DNA of 46,096 nt from Candidatus Micrarchaeota archaeon (GTDB taxonomy: Archaea; Micrarchaeota; Micrarchaeia; Anstonellales; Anstonellaceae): positions 1 to 46,096 of the forward strand of contig CAZYTZ010000003.1 in assembly GCA_964650545.1 (NCBI GenBank), in the 5' to 3' direction. The notes under the pieces are model-generated. The model was not told the DNA's origin. It saw only the letters and a program-made list of their open reading frames with translations, and ran no database searches. Shown piece after piece: positions 8,840 to 18,288 of the stretch. A program made the translations under genes and the position numbers. Each line of letters opens with the position of its first letter. Positions within the stretch are counted from its first letter, which is position 1.

Positions 8840-9547
8840 CTATTGCTTTGCCATCTGTTCCAGCGCCTTGGCAATGGCAAAGAACACCTGCGCGGTTGCT
8901 TCGTTAAGGCCTTTTTCGATTTCCCTTAATTTCTCAATGCCCAGCTCAGCAAGAGTTACCGGGAAAACCTCCACCGCGACATTGGCTTCCCCGTTGTTAT
9001 CTGCCGTGTGGGAGAATATATTATCGCCGCCGCTCGTAACAAAGGTAAGCGGGGCAATCTTGTGGTTTATGTAGATGTTCAGATTCACATCATTCTCCTG
9101 CAGGATTATTTTTTTGCTGTCCAGAGGATGCTTGCCGATGCCATACTGTGTCTCAAAATTTCCTACGTGCAAATCTGAAATTTCGGCAGGCACATGAATG
9201 CCATTTCTGGCAGAAGGGTCAGGGATCCAATTCGCGTCAATCAATATGGCGATATTTTTCTCCCCACCTCTCCCCCCATGTCCCCTCAGGAGATAATCCC
9301 TCACATATCCCTTCGGGACAGCCAGCAGATTTTTCTTGTCTACAATAAGCCCGTTGCCTTTTGGCCTGCCTCCTTCGAGCGCCACCATAGTGGTGCCTGT
9401 CCAGTAAGAATCTATCAATGGAAGCAGCTTCAAATTGGGGGAGAGGATGGATGGAAGCTGCCCTCCAAGCATTGTAGCTATCCGTTTGGCAGTCGGCCAA
9501 TTTTTCTTTATTCCGAGATTGACTATGGCAGTTCCCCGGGAATTCAT
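8840..9547 (-). CDS. Hypothetical orphan protein
   Basis: GGAGGGAGGTGG SD before ATG 9547; visibly more AT-rich codons than neighbours; no family recognised. Confidence 0.65.
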   Translation of the reverse strand: MNSRGTAIVNLGIKKNWPTAKRIATMLGGQLPSILSPNLKLLPLIDSYWTGTTMVALEGGRPKGNGLIVDKKNLLAVPKGYVRDYLLRGHGGRGGEKNIAILIDANWIPDPSARNGIHVPAEISDLHVGNFETQYGIGKHPLDSKKIILQENDVNLNIYINHKIAPLTFVTSGGDNIFSHTADNNGEANVAVEVFPVTLAELGIEKLREIEKGLNEATAQVFFAIAKALEQMAKQ

Positions 9548-9670
9548 ACTTCCACCTCCCTCCTCCTTTTCGGTATATGTCTTTAAAAAAAGGTGTGCTG
9601 CAGCGTGAAAATGTGATTTAACGCGCACTCACGCTTTTAACTTTTCCATTCGATTTTGGTGCGCGATCAG

Positions 9671-10639
9671 ATGTATGATTTCAAGTCGGGCACCCTATCA
9701 GCAGGCGGGCTCTCGCTTTCGCTTGACAATGCCGCAGGCGAGCTTTGCTTTGTTTCCCATGCGCACTCAGACCACACGTCAGCATTCGGCAAGGGCAAGC
9801 CCATAATAGCCTCGGACGAGACTTTCGCGATTGCAGGCCAGCGCGCGCAAAAGGCAGAGCTCCCCGAAGGCATGTCGCTTCACCACGCAGGGCACATGTT
9901 CGGCGCGCGCCAGCTTCTCGCGCAATTCGACGGAGGCACATTTGCCTACACCGGCGACTTTTCGCTGCACGACTCCTACACCGCGCGCGCTGCGGAAATC
10001 CTAAAGTGCGACACGCTCATGATCGACTCCACCTACTGCCTGCCTCAGATGCGCTTCCCCAAGCGCTATGAAGTGCTTTCAAAGATGGAAAAGTTCGTGA
10101 AGGCAAACAGCAGCGCAATACTAATGTTCGGCGCTTACTCAACAGGCAAGGCGCAGGAGATTGTCTCATTCCTGAACAGGGAATGCGGGGTTGCGCCAGT
10201 GGTGGGCCCACGAGCTGCGCGCGTGTGCGCTGCTTATGAAAAGTGCGGGGTCAGGCTGGACTACTTGGCAGCGGGAAGCGAGGAGGCGGAAGAGGCATCA
10301 AGGCACGCGCATTCTGCCATACTGCCGCCGCCAGAGGTGAATTTTGCTGCAGGCGCACGATTGGCGGCAGAGCGCGGACGGCATGTAAAGACCGCGGTGG
10401 CAACTGGCTGGGCTGCAAGCAGCCGCTTCCCGGTGGACGAGGCGTTCGCGCTTTCAGACCATGCTGACTTTGCAGACACCATGCGCTACATCTACGAATC
10501 CGAAGCAAAGGCAGTGATATGCGCAAACAGCAACTCTGCCTCTGCAGCGCATTATCTTAGGAGCATTGGCATCAACGCGGTTGAGAAGGGCGAGCCAAAC
10601 CCTGGCGTGCAGACCAAGCTTGCCGGAATGGAAGCATAA
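9671..10639 (+). CDS. MBL-fold beta-CASP-like nuclease
   Basis: SHAHSDH, AGHMFGA, YTGDF, DSTY, GKAQE, LSDHADF motifs; C-terminal QTKL may be a PCNA-binding motif. Confidence 0.85.
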   Translation: MYDFKSGTLSAGGLSLSLDNAAGELCFVSHAHSDHTSAFGKGKPIIASDETFAIAGQRAQKAELPEGMSLHHAGHMFGARQLLAQFDGGTFAYTGDFSLHDSYTARAAEILKCDTLMIDSTYCLPQMRFPKRYEVLSKMEKFVKANSSAILMFGAYSTGKAQEIVSFLNRECGVAPVVGPRAARVCAAYEKCGVRLDYLAAGSEEAEEASRHAHSAILPPPEVNFAAGARLAAERGRHVKTAVATGWAASSRFPVDEAFALSDHADFADTMRYIYESEAKAVICANSNSASAAHYLRSIGINAVEKGEPNPGVQTKLAGMEA

Positions 10640-10685
10640 TAATCATAAATTCATCCCGCGTAAAGCGGGCAGAGAGGGGGATCGC

Positions 10686-10991
10686 ATGGCAAAGGAAATG
10701 AAGGACGATGTGCTTGGCACCATAAAGGGCAAGATGCCTGTCTACAAAAACGGGCTTGACTCGTCAGGCGAGATAATACTTTGCGAAAGCGGCATAATAG
10801 TCCACACAGAAGGCAATACGCTTCGCGTGCCATTCAGCCACGTCAAAATCCTGGGAACGTCTGGCGACATGCCGCTTGGCAAGGTGGGCGTGGAGATGGA
10901 TGTTTTTGACCAGATGGGCGACAAGCACTATTTCCACTTCGGGATGTCCGACATGCACCTCAACACGCTCAAGCGCGCGTGCGAGAAGTGA
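10686..10991 (+). CDS. Hypothetical protein (beta-rich, possibly PH-like)
   Basis: GAGGGGGA SD, host-like codon usage; fold guess from alternating beta pattern and C-terminal helix. Confidence 0.65.
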   Translation: MAKEMKDDVLGTIKGKMPVYKNGLDSSGEIILCESGIIVHTEGNTLRVPFSHVKILGTSGDMPLGKVGVEMDVFDQMGDKHYFHFGMSDMHLNTLKRACEK

Positions 10992-11022
10992 GTGGGTATT
11001 ATATTCCCTTTCTGAGGAGAGA

Positions 11023-11526
11023 ATGAATATGGGGCAAGAACGCTTTCGCATCGGTCAAGCCGCCATGGAGTACTTGGTAACCTATGGATGGGCTCTGCTC
11101 GCGCTTTTTGTGGTGGTTGCCTACCTTATCTCATCAGGCGTGTTCTCAGCGAATTCGTTTGCCTCGCAGGAATGCGTCTTCCAGCCCGATCTCCCATGCT
11201 CATCATCCATACTTTACAAGTCAGGAAGCGACACCAAGCTTGAGTTCTCGCTCACAAACGGCCTGGGCTTTCCCATAGATGTGGAAAGCGTGGTCTACTC
11301 TCTGCCGGGTTTTGCGCCGCAGACTGGCCTGCCCAAGGTTGACCGGGAGTATGCGTCTGGGGAAAAAATAGAGTTCTCACACGTGTTTACTGGAGGCAGC
11401 CAGCCCCAGCCGCGCGACTTTAGGACAGTGACAGCCACGCTCAAATACTTGAACTGCCGCAACTCGCCTTGCAGCGGCCCCTACATGACCTCGGGCAGGA
11501 TTTCAGCAATCGTCGAGGAAGGCTGA
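11023..11526 (+). CDS. Class III signal peptide (type IV pilin-like) protein
   Basis: RIG|QAAMEYLVTYGWALL prepilin cleavage site and hydrophobic stretch; Cys pairs in the globular domain. Confidence 0.85.
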   Translation: MNMGQERFRIGQAAMEYLVTYGWALLALFVVVAYLISSGVFSANSFASQECVFQPDLPCSSSILYKSGSDTKLEFSLTNGLGFPIDVESVVYSLPGFAPQTGLPKVDREYASGEKIEFSHVFTGGSQPQPRDFRTVTATLKYLNCRNSPCSGPYMTSGRISAIVEEG

Positions 11527-11537
11527 GATGCGCCTTT
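11518..11537 (+). repeat. Direct repeat copy 1 (includes pilin-like gene stop codon)
   Basis: gaaggctgagatgcgccttt, 19/20 identical to 12414-12433. Confidence 0.85.
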
Positions 11538-11585
11538 GCTCCCTCTCAAACAAACATTTATATATTCTTTATACCACATTCTTAT

Positions 11586-12404
11586 ATGAACAAACAAGTG
11601 CCTTCAAGCGGACGCCATGCACCTGTTCTTGACTCAAGGATATTCAAAACCGGCAACCCGCAGGCTGACTTCATCCAGATGAAAGTGCTGACTGACCTTG
11701 GTACCTCGCTTGGTGACGTCAAGGCGGACAAGACAAGACAAAACAGGAGAAAATACTGTGCTGCACAGCTGCGGAAAAGGCCTGCCAACAAAAGCGGGCA
11801 GGATTTCACCAATGCCTATGTCACCTGGTTCTTCAAAAGCGTGAAGGAAAACCACGCCTTGCGCGATTTCCTGGCGGGCAAGCTTTCGGGGCAGACAGTT
11901 GTGGATTTGGGCTGCGGCAGTTCCTCTTCAGTCGAAATTGCACTGAAGATGATGGAGATGTTTGGGGCTTCAAAATATGTCGCAGTCGACCTTTCTCCCA
12001 GTGTCTGGTCTGCAAAACTCATAGAAAAGGCGAACATGAAAGGCGAAATAGAAGCCGCCCTTGTGCGGGAGGACATGGTGCTTTTTGCAGCCTCGCTCAA
12101 GGACAGCTCAGTCAATTTCCTGATAAGCGGAATAGATGATTCAACATTGTGTGACAAAGAGCCCCGCACAGTGTCGAGGCGCGATTGGTACGGGATAGAG
12201 CACATTCACTGGCGCTGGAAAGCACTTGCCAGCGACATCGCAAGAGCGACAGTGCAAGGTGGCATAGTGTTCGGCAATGATAGGTCTGCGATTGGGAATT
12301 ACATTGAGAAGCTGCGCCAGCCGTTCGCCAATTTCTTCCCAAGCAAAGACAAAGACCTATGCGCCGACATCTGCATCGACCCCTACTCCTATGTCAAGGC
12401 ATAA
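11586..12404 (+). CDS. Divergent SAM-dependent methyltransferase-like orphan
   Basis: VVDLGCG motif I and YVAVD motif II; TATA tttatata at 11557-11564 suggests a leaderless start at 11586. Confidence 0.65.
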   Translation: MNKQVPSSGRHAPVLDSRIFKTGNPQADFIQMKVLTDLGTSLGDVKADKTRQNRRKYCAAQLRKRPANKSGQDFTNAYVTWFFKSVKENHALRDFLAGKLSGQTVVDLGCGSSSSVEIALKMMEMFGASKYVAVDLSPSVWSAKLIEKANMKGEIEAALVREDMVLFAASLKDSSVNFLISGIDDSTLCDKEPRTVSRRDWYGIEHIHWRWKALASDIARATVQGGIVFGNDRSAIGNYIEKLRQPFANFFPSKDKDLCADICIDPYSYVKA

Positions 12405-12413
12405 GCCCCGTCT

Positions 12414-12433
12414 GAAGCCTGAGATGCGCCTTT
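12414..12433 (+). repeat. Direct repeat copy 2
   Basis: gaagcctgagatgcgccttt, 19/20 identical to 11518-11537. Confidence 0.85.
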
Positions 12434-12480
12434 TTAAAATTTAGCGCCCAATTTCCAACCAGCGACCAGAGGGAAGAGAA

Positions 12481-15400
12481 ATGGTTTACATAAAGGGTTT
12501 GAAATTCCGCGGCTTCAAGTCTTTCAGGCGTGCAGAGGCAAGCTTTGCCAATGGCTATGTGTGCCTCGCAGGCCCAAACGGCTCGGGCAAATCAAACGTT
12601 ACCGACGGCATACGCTTTGCGCTGGGCGAGGGCAGCCTAAAGGCGCTTCGCGCGAAAAAAGTTGCAGAGCTTGTCAACACTTCCTGCAAGTATGCGGAAG
12701 TCACGCTTTTCATAGACGGCGAGCGCAAGTACGAGATAAAGCGCGCCATAAATTCCGAGGGCAAGACCCTTTACAGGATAAACGGCAAGCGCTCCACGCG
12801 CACGCTGGTGATGGAGGAACTGCGCCAGTGCGGCATGGAGGCTGGCAGCCACAACATAATCGCGCAGGGCCAGGTGCAAAAAATAGTGGAGATGAGCGCA
12901 AAGGAGCGCCGCCAGATAATAGACTCAGTGGCAGGAATTGCGGAGTTCGACCAGAAAAAGCAGGAGGCCTTAGGCGAGCTTTCCAAAGTGGAGCAGAAAA
13001 TCACAGAGGCCGCAATCGTGCTTGGCGAGCGCGAGGCAAACCTGTCCATGCTTGAGCGCGAGAAGGACGACGCGCTTGCCTACACCGATGCGCAGACCAG
13101 CTTCAAGCGCGCAAAGGCATCGGTGGCAAACACAGAGCACTCAAAGCTTTCAAAATCATTCACGGACGCAGTGCAGAAGCACGCGGCTGCAAAGGCGGCG
13201 CTTGAGGAAATAGAAAAGCAGTCATCAGTGCTCTCAGGGCGCATAAGCGAGCTTGAGGTTGCCAAAAAGCCCATAATGGACAAGATAGGCTCGTCCTCCA
13301 GCCGCGAAGCAGCGCTTCAGGAAATACAGGAAATAAAAGTCTCCATAGGAAGCGACAATACCATGTTTTCCGAGCGCAAGCGCGAGGCTGGAAAGCTCGA
13401 GTTCTCGCAAAAAACATTCGACAAGCAGCTGTCTGCAATCAAAAAGTCGCAGAAGGACAACGAGGCTAGGGAAAAGGAAATTTCGGCAGAGCTTGAAAAA
13501 CTCGGCTCGCAGATTGCGGAGCTTGAGAAAAAGATGGGTGTGCAGTCAGACTCTGCCGCGCAGGAAATCGCGCAAAAGCTCGAGTTTCTCTCATCGGAAA
13601 TAATGTCCCTCAAAGAGCAGAAAGCAAGCGTGGACTCAGCTCTTTCGGAAAAGGAAAAGTCCCTTTCAGGCAGGCGCGAGGAAAAGGAAAGGCTGGCCTC
13701 CATGCTTGGCGAGGACAAGGCTGCAAAGCAGGAGGGCGAGCGGGGCGTGCTTGAAAAGGAGGCGCTCTCGCACCAAAAAGCGCTTGACGCTCTTTTCGAG
13801 CAGGAGAAGCAGCTAAACCGCCAGCTTCCGGAGCTTGACAGGAAGCTGCTTTCAACGAAGGAAAAGGCAGCCACGCTTCGCGCATCAATCTCGCCCTCGG
13901 CAGGGAGCATGGCGATTCGCGCGGTCGAGGAGATGAAGCAAAAGGGAATGCGCGGGATTTTCGGCACAGTCTCCTCTCTCATCTCATGCGACCACAAGCA
14001 CACTGTCGCAATAGAGGCGTCCGCAGGGCAGCGGCTCAACTACGTGGTGGTCGACGATATGAACACCGCCATGAAGGCAATCGAGAAGCTCAAGTCGCAA
14101 AAGGCGGGCAGGTGCACTTTCATCCCAATCGGGGACATGCCCTCCCGGGCTGGGGGCGACTTGCCAAAGTCTGCCAAGAACGCAGATGGCTGCTTGGGCG
14201 AGCTGATTGACTTTGTGAAGTACGACGCAATCTACAAGCACGCAATGGAATACGCGTTTTCAGGCACGCTGCTTTTCGACACAGTGCAAAACGCGAAAAA
14301 AGCTGGCGTGGGCAAAGCGCGCATGGTGACAATGGGCGGCGAGCTTCTTGAGCGCTCGGGAATAATCACTGGCGGCGCGCAAAGAGGCTCCATACTCTCT
14401 AAAGGCTCGCTTGACAAGCTGGAAGCAGAGGCAGCTTCCATTGAGGCCGAGCGCAAGGAAATCTATTCCACTCTTTACTCGCTGCGCGAGGAAATGTCCG
14501 CAAAGCGCAAGGAAAAGGCGGACGCGGAAGTTGCGCTTCGCGGGCTTGAGATAGAGATGGAATCCGCTTTGGCGCGGCGCGAGAGCGCGCAAAAGGCGCG
14601 CGAGGCAATGGAAAGCATAGATTCATTGATTGCGGCAGCCGGAAAGGAGATTGCCGCAATGAAAAAGCGCGCAGGCGAGCTTTCAGGCAATCTCGAGTTT
14701 GCGCTTAAGCAGCATGCGGCTGAAAAGCAAAGGCAGGCATCTGTGCAGGAAAATGCGAAAAAGGCGGATTCAGAGGCGCAAAAAAGTCTCCAGGCGCTTC
14801 TCAGCCAGCGTTCTTCTCTCGAGGCTCAATTTGCGGCAAAGAAAGAGGAAGCAGGGCGATTGTTGCAGGAGCTTGCGGCAAAGCAATCGGAGGCCGAGGG
14901 GGCAAAATCAGCGCTTGCAATCTGCAAAAAGGAAATATCATCGCTCTCAGACGGGGTAGCAAAGTCGCAAAAAACTCTCAGGGAAAAGGAACAGCGGCTC
15001 GAGGAAATAAGCACGGCTTCCAAGAGGCTGCTCGCCAAGCTCACCGAGCTTGAGGGGCAGATAAAGGACGTGGCTGCGCAGCTTGGCAAGGTCAAAGCTG
15101 ACGAGGAAAAGAAGAACCGCGAAATGGTCTCGCTTGAGGCAAGCAGGCAGGTGACTGAGCAGAGGCTGTCTGACCTCAAGGCAGAGCTTGAGCAATACTC
15201 CGGGGTGCCCACGATAGACGCGCCGCGCACAGAGCTTGAGGAGCTTGCGCGCACAAGCCAGGCGAAAATGGACGCGCTTGGCAGCGTGAACCTGCGCGCA
15301 CCTGAGATTTACGGGCAGAAGAAAAAGGAAATCGACGATGTCAAAAGCCGCGTGGAGTCGCTTTCCAGCGAAAAGAACGCAGTGCTTCTCATGATGGACG

Positions 15401-15894
15401 AGATTGACGCGAGGAAGCGCGCAATCTTCATCTCAACGTTCACTTCAGTGAATGACAACTTCCGCCGCCTGTTCGGATTCACCTTCAAAGGCGAAGGCAC
15501 ACTTTTGCTTGAAAAGCCATCCTCTCCCTTCGAGGGCGGGCTGCACGTGAAGGTGCGCGAGGAAAACCGCGACAAGTACCTGGACTCAATGTCTGGCGGC
15601 GAAAAGTCGCTCATTGCTCTCATGTTCATCTTTGCCATACAGATGCACAAGGCCGCGCCGTTTTACATACTTGACGAGGCTGACGCCGCGCTTGACAAGG
15701 AGAACTCGCGCAAGCTTGCCGACCTGATAAAGCAGCTTGCAGGAAAGACGCAGTTCATCGTGGTCACGCACAACGACACGATTCTGCAGAACGCGGATGT
15801 CGCGCTTGGCGTGACGCGCACAGAGGACGGAAGCAAGATAGTGGGCGTGCAGCTCACCGCGGCTGCAACCGTGGCGCGCGTGAAAAAAGCCTAG
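12481..15894 (+). CDS. smc: Chromosome segregation protein SMC
   Basis: Walker A GPNGSGKSN, Q-loop IAQG, hinge (GIFG, GRCTFIP, GIITGG), signature MSGGEKS, Walker B ILDEADAALD, long coiled coils. Confidence 0.97.
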   Translation: MVYIKGLKFRGFKSFRRAEASFANGYVCLAGPNGSGKSNVTDGIRFALGEGSLKALRAKKVAELVNTSCKYAEVTLFIDGERKYEIKRAINSEGKTLYRINGKRSTRTLVMEELRQCGMEAGSHNIIAQGQVQKIVEMSAKERRQIIDSVAGIAEFDQKKQEALGELSKVEQKITEAAIVLGEREANLSMLEREKDDALAYTDAQTSFKRAKASVANTEHSKLSKSFTDAVQKHAAAKAALEEIEKQSSVLSGRISELEVAKKPIMDKIGSSSSREAALQEIQEIKVSIGSDNTMFSERKREAGKLEFSQKTFDKQLSAIKKSQKDNEAREKEISAELEKLGSQIAELEKKMGVQSDSAAQEIAQKLEFLSSEIMSLKEQKASVDSALSEKEKSLSGRREEKERLASMLGEDKAAKQEGERGVLEKEALSHQKALDALFEQEKQLNRQLPELDRKLLSTKEKAATLRASISPSAGSMAIRAVEEMKQKGMRGIFGTVSSLISCDHKHTVAIEASAGQRLNYVVVDDMNTAMKAIEKLKSQKAGRCTFIPIGDMPSRAGGDLPKSAKNADGCLGELIDFVKYDAIYKHAMEYAFSGTLLFDTVQNAKKAGVGKARMVTMGGELLERSGIITGGAQRGSILSKGSLDKLEAEAASIEAERKEIYSTLYSLREEMSAKRKEKADAEVALRGLEIEMESALARRESAQKAREAMESIDSLIAAAGKEIAAMKKRAGELSGNLEFALKQHAAEKQRQASVQENAKKADSEAQKSLQALLSQRSSLEAQFAAKKEEAGRLLQELAAKQSEAEGAKSALAICKKEISSLSDGVAKSQKTLREKEQRLEEISTASKRLLAKLTELEGQIKDVAAQLGKVKADEEKKNREMVSLEASRQVTEQRLSDLKAELEQYSGVPTIDAPRTELEELARTSQAKMDALGSVNLRAPEIYGQKKKEIDDVKSRVESLSSEKNAVLLMMDEIDARKRAIFISTFTSVNDNFRRLFGFTFKGEGTLLLEKPSSPFEGGLHVKVREENRDKYLDSMSGGEKSLIALMFIFAIQMHKAAPFYILDEADAALDKENSRKLADLIKQLAGKTQFIVVTHNDTILQNADVALGVTRTEDGSKIVGVQLTAAATVARVKKA

Positions 15895-15899
15895 CTTTC

Positions 15900-17000
15900 C
15901 TAAGAAGACCTGACCGTTCCCTCAATCGCGGGCGCGTTGGGGTCGTACTTTGATACCTGGTAGCTGCCCACCCAGTCAGCGTAGATGTCCACTGTGCCGT
16001 TCAAGTCCGTTCTCCACACATTGTAGTTCTTCAGCCTAAGCCGCGTGAGCGTGGTGTCGGAAGGCAGGCCATTGCTGTTCTCCCCGACTGAGATTATCAC
16101 GTCCGTAAGCGACGGGTTGCCCTCTATGAGCAGCGAGGAGACAGGCCGTCCCTCTCCGTGCTTGAAGAAAGTGGCAACAGGGCAGGAAGTCTTAAGCCCC
16201 CTGCCTATGAAGGCATTCTCCCTTTCCTGCACGGTCGGGTTCAGGAGCATGGCGCAGAACTTGCCAGAGCCAAGCCGCATCACGATTGCATCTGTGTCTG
16301 GGTTGTCATTCATCCTCTGCTTTGCAGGATTGAGTATCCTTATGTCCAGCCCATTCACAGCGAGGCTGTCCCCTTCTTGGGGATGCTTGACGGTTATGCC
16401 CTTGCCCTCCACCGCCGACATCAGCGCTGAATATTGCTGGGACTTTTGCGTTGTTGCCTTGTTGTCCCAAAACTCGCCAACCTTATACATGTAAATCACG
16501 TCTTCCATGCCGCCAATCGCACCCGAGTAGTCGCGCGTGGCAACAAGCACGTCTATTTTAGCAATGTCAAGCCCGTCAAGCATGTCTCTTACCGGGCCGA
16601 AAGTGCCGGCATCAACAAGCATCACAAACGAGCCTTTCTTCACAAGCACGGAATCCGCATGCGAGTCGTTTATCACGTAGATGTGCAGCGGCTCAAAAGG
16701 GGTTTTCTTGATGTCAAACACGCCTTCGCCTATCTTGTCAGACACGCTTCTGGCAAGTTCGGGCTCCTTCACTGGCGCTTCTGTCTGGTTTTCCTGCGTG
16801 ACGTTTGTCACATTCTCAGCAATGTTGATGTTTTCAGAAGGTAGCGTGTAGTTTGTCTGGTTTCCCCATGCAACAGGCACGTCAGGCACAACCGGCAGGC
16901 TGGACGGCGGGGTTGGGGGGGCAGGCGGCGCCTCGGCGCTGCAGCCGAAAACAAGCAGAAGCGCGCACAATGCAGCCAGAAACGCATGGGTGTTTGCCAT
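15900..17000 (-). CDS. ComEC/Rec2-type MBL-fold lipoprotein, metal motif degenerate
   Basis: LVFGC lipobox, MLVDAG, IISVGENS.G.PS, WRTDLNGTV typical of ComEC-like MBL; HxHxDH replaced by TRDYSGA. Confidence 0.75.
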   Translation of the reverse strand: MANTHAFLAALCALLLVFGCSAEAPPAPPTPPSSLPVVPDVPVAWGNQTNYTLPSENINIAENVTNVTQENQTEAPVKEPELARSVSDKIGEGVFDIKKTPFEPLHIYVINDSHADSVLVKKGSFVMLVDAGTFGPVRDMLDGLDIAKIDVLVATRDYSGAIGGMEDVIYMYKVGEFWDNKATTQKSQQYSALMSAVEGKGITVKHPQEGDSLAVNGLDIRILNPAKQRMNDNPDTDAIVMRLGSGKFCAMLLNPTVQERENAFIGRGLKTSCPVATFFKHGEGRPVSSLLIEGNPSLTDVIISVGENSNGLPSDTTLTRLRLKNYNVWRTDLNGTVDIYADWVGSYQVSKYDPNAPAIEGTVRSS

Positions 17001-17042
17001 ATCTTACGCTATGGCACGAAATATTAAAACCATGTGGGCTGC

Positions 17043-17543
17043 TCAGTCATCGCCGTGGCTGGTAAGCTCCCTTTCCAGCTTGTCAAGCTGGCGGCTTACG
17101 CGCTCCATGGTCTGGCGTATGCCTGCAATCTCGAACTTGATGGACTGCAGGTACACCTTGTCAAACACTATGGTGGGCTTTGGAAGCACCACTTCGTGCG
17201 CAGGTGCTGCTGGCGCGCTTTCATTCTTTATGAAGTTCACGCTGTCCTCTATCTTGCGCGACACCACTGGCGCAATGAACTCTGCCTCGCGCTCCTTCTT
17301 TGGCGCCTTGCCCTTTGGCTTGGCTGCCTTTGAAGGCTTGGCAGGTGCCTTTTTCTCCTGGGCCTTCATATGGCTCCTTGCAGCCTTCACCCACTTTTTC
17401 ACGTTGGCAAATGAGGCGAACTTGTTGGTTTTTGTCGCCTTGTAAACATCCCCGCGTATTTCCGTGAGCTTTCCGGCGTTTATTGGCTGGTCGCCGTAGC
17501 GCCTCAGCCTCGCAGCCACTATTTTGACTACTTTTTCGTCCAT
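17043..17543 (-). CDS. Hypothetical protein with Lys/Ala/Pro-rich linker and C-terminal coiled coil
   Basis: 166-aa ORF, GGTGGT SD, host-like codon usage. Confidence 0.7.
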   Translation of the reverse strand: MDEKVVKIVAARLRRYGDQPINAGKLTEIRGDVYKATKTNKFASFANVKKWVKAARSHMKAQEKKAPAKPSKAAKPKGKAPKKEREAEFIAPVVSRKIEDSVNFIKNESAPAAPAHEVVLPKPTIVFDKVYLQSIKFEIAGIRQTMERVSRQLDKLERELTSHGDD

Positions 17544-17617
17544 TTTACCACCTGCTTCAGAACCATAATTAGGATTGCCTGCCTTTCATGCCTTCAAAGT
17601 TTATATTACGCACGGTT

Positions 17618-18280
17618 TTAGCCTTCCCTTCCGGGCTTGTACCTTGTGGAAAGCAGCTTCCGCAGATCAGCAGCCTTTTTCTTGCCTATTTTGCCCACTT
17701 GCTGCAACTCGCTTTCAGGCGCGCTTGCCACGTTTTCCACGGTGTCAAAGTACTTTAGCAGAGCCGAAGCAAGCGTGGGGCCGACGTTGGGGAGCGCCTC
17801 CACCACCGCGCGCTGCTGGTCTGCCATTGTCCTTGCCTTGCGCTTGGCATAGACTGGCTGCGCGCGCGACTTTGCCACCTGCTCGTGGTGAGCAAGGGAA
17901 TAGAGCATCTCCGCGGTGGCAGACGGCGAGCGTGTGAAGAAAAGCGCACAGCCAAAGTCGGCAATAAGCGAGGCGTAAGCGCCAAGCAGCGCTTTTCTTG
18001 AAAGCCGGCTCTCAGCCTGCGCTTCACCCTCAACAATCACCACCACGCGCGGCACTGCGGCGCACAAATCCGACACCTGGGAAAATAGCCTGCCGTCGAA
18101 AATTGAGGACTCAAAGTCAGCCCTGGTCTTCCTTTCCGCAACCAGCCTGTCTGACAAAAGATAGTCGCCTATCTCAAGCTGGCGCACCTCTATTTCCGCG
18201 CCCTGCGCCTCAAGCGCGTCGCAAACAGAGTCAGGCTCGCGCACGTCAGCGACGATTTTTGGCTGTTTCTTCTCAGGCAC
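17618..18280 (-). CDS. xpf: XPF/ERCC4 structure-specific endonuclease (short form without helicase)
   Basis: ADVRE, GDY, ERKT..DF..SI.DGRL..Q, tandem HhH (LPNVGP, VGKIG). Confidence 0.9.
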   Translation of the reverse strand: MPEKKQPKIVADVREPDSVCDALEAQGAEIEVRQLEIGDYLLSDRLVAERKTRADFESSIFDGRLFSQVSDLCAAVPRVVVIVEGEAQAESRLSRKALLGAYASLIADFGCALFFTRSPSATAEMLYSLAHHEQVAKSRAQPVYAKRKARTMADQQRAVVEALPNVGPTLASALLKYFDTVENVASAPESELQQVGKIGKKKAADLRKLLSTRYKPGREG

Positions 18281-18288
18281 GCTTTCAC

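Noticed and set aside
8817-9670. Flanking duplication around the orphan after glnA
   Set aside because: Only scattered 5-6 nt matches between the two flanks.
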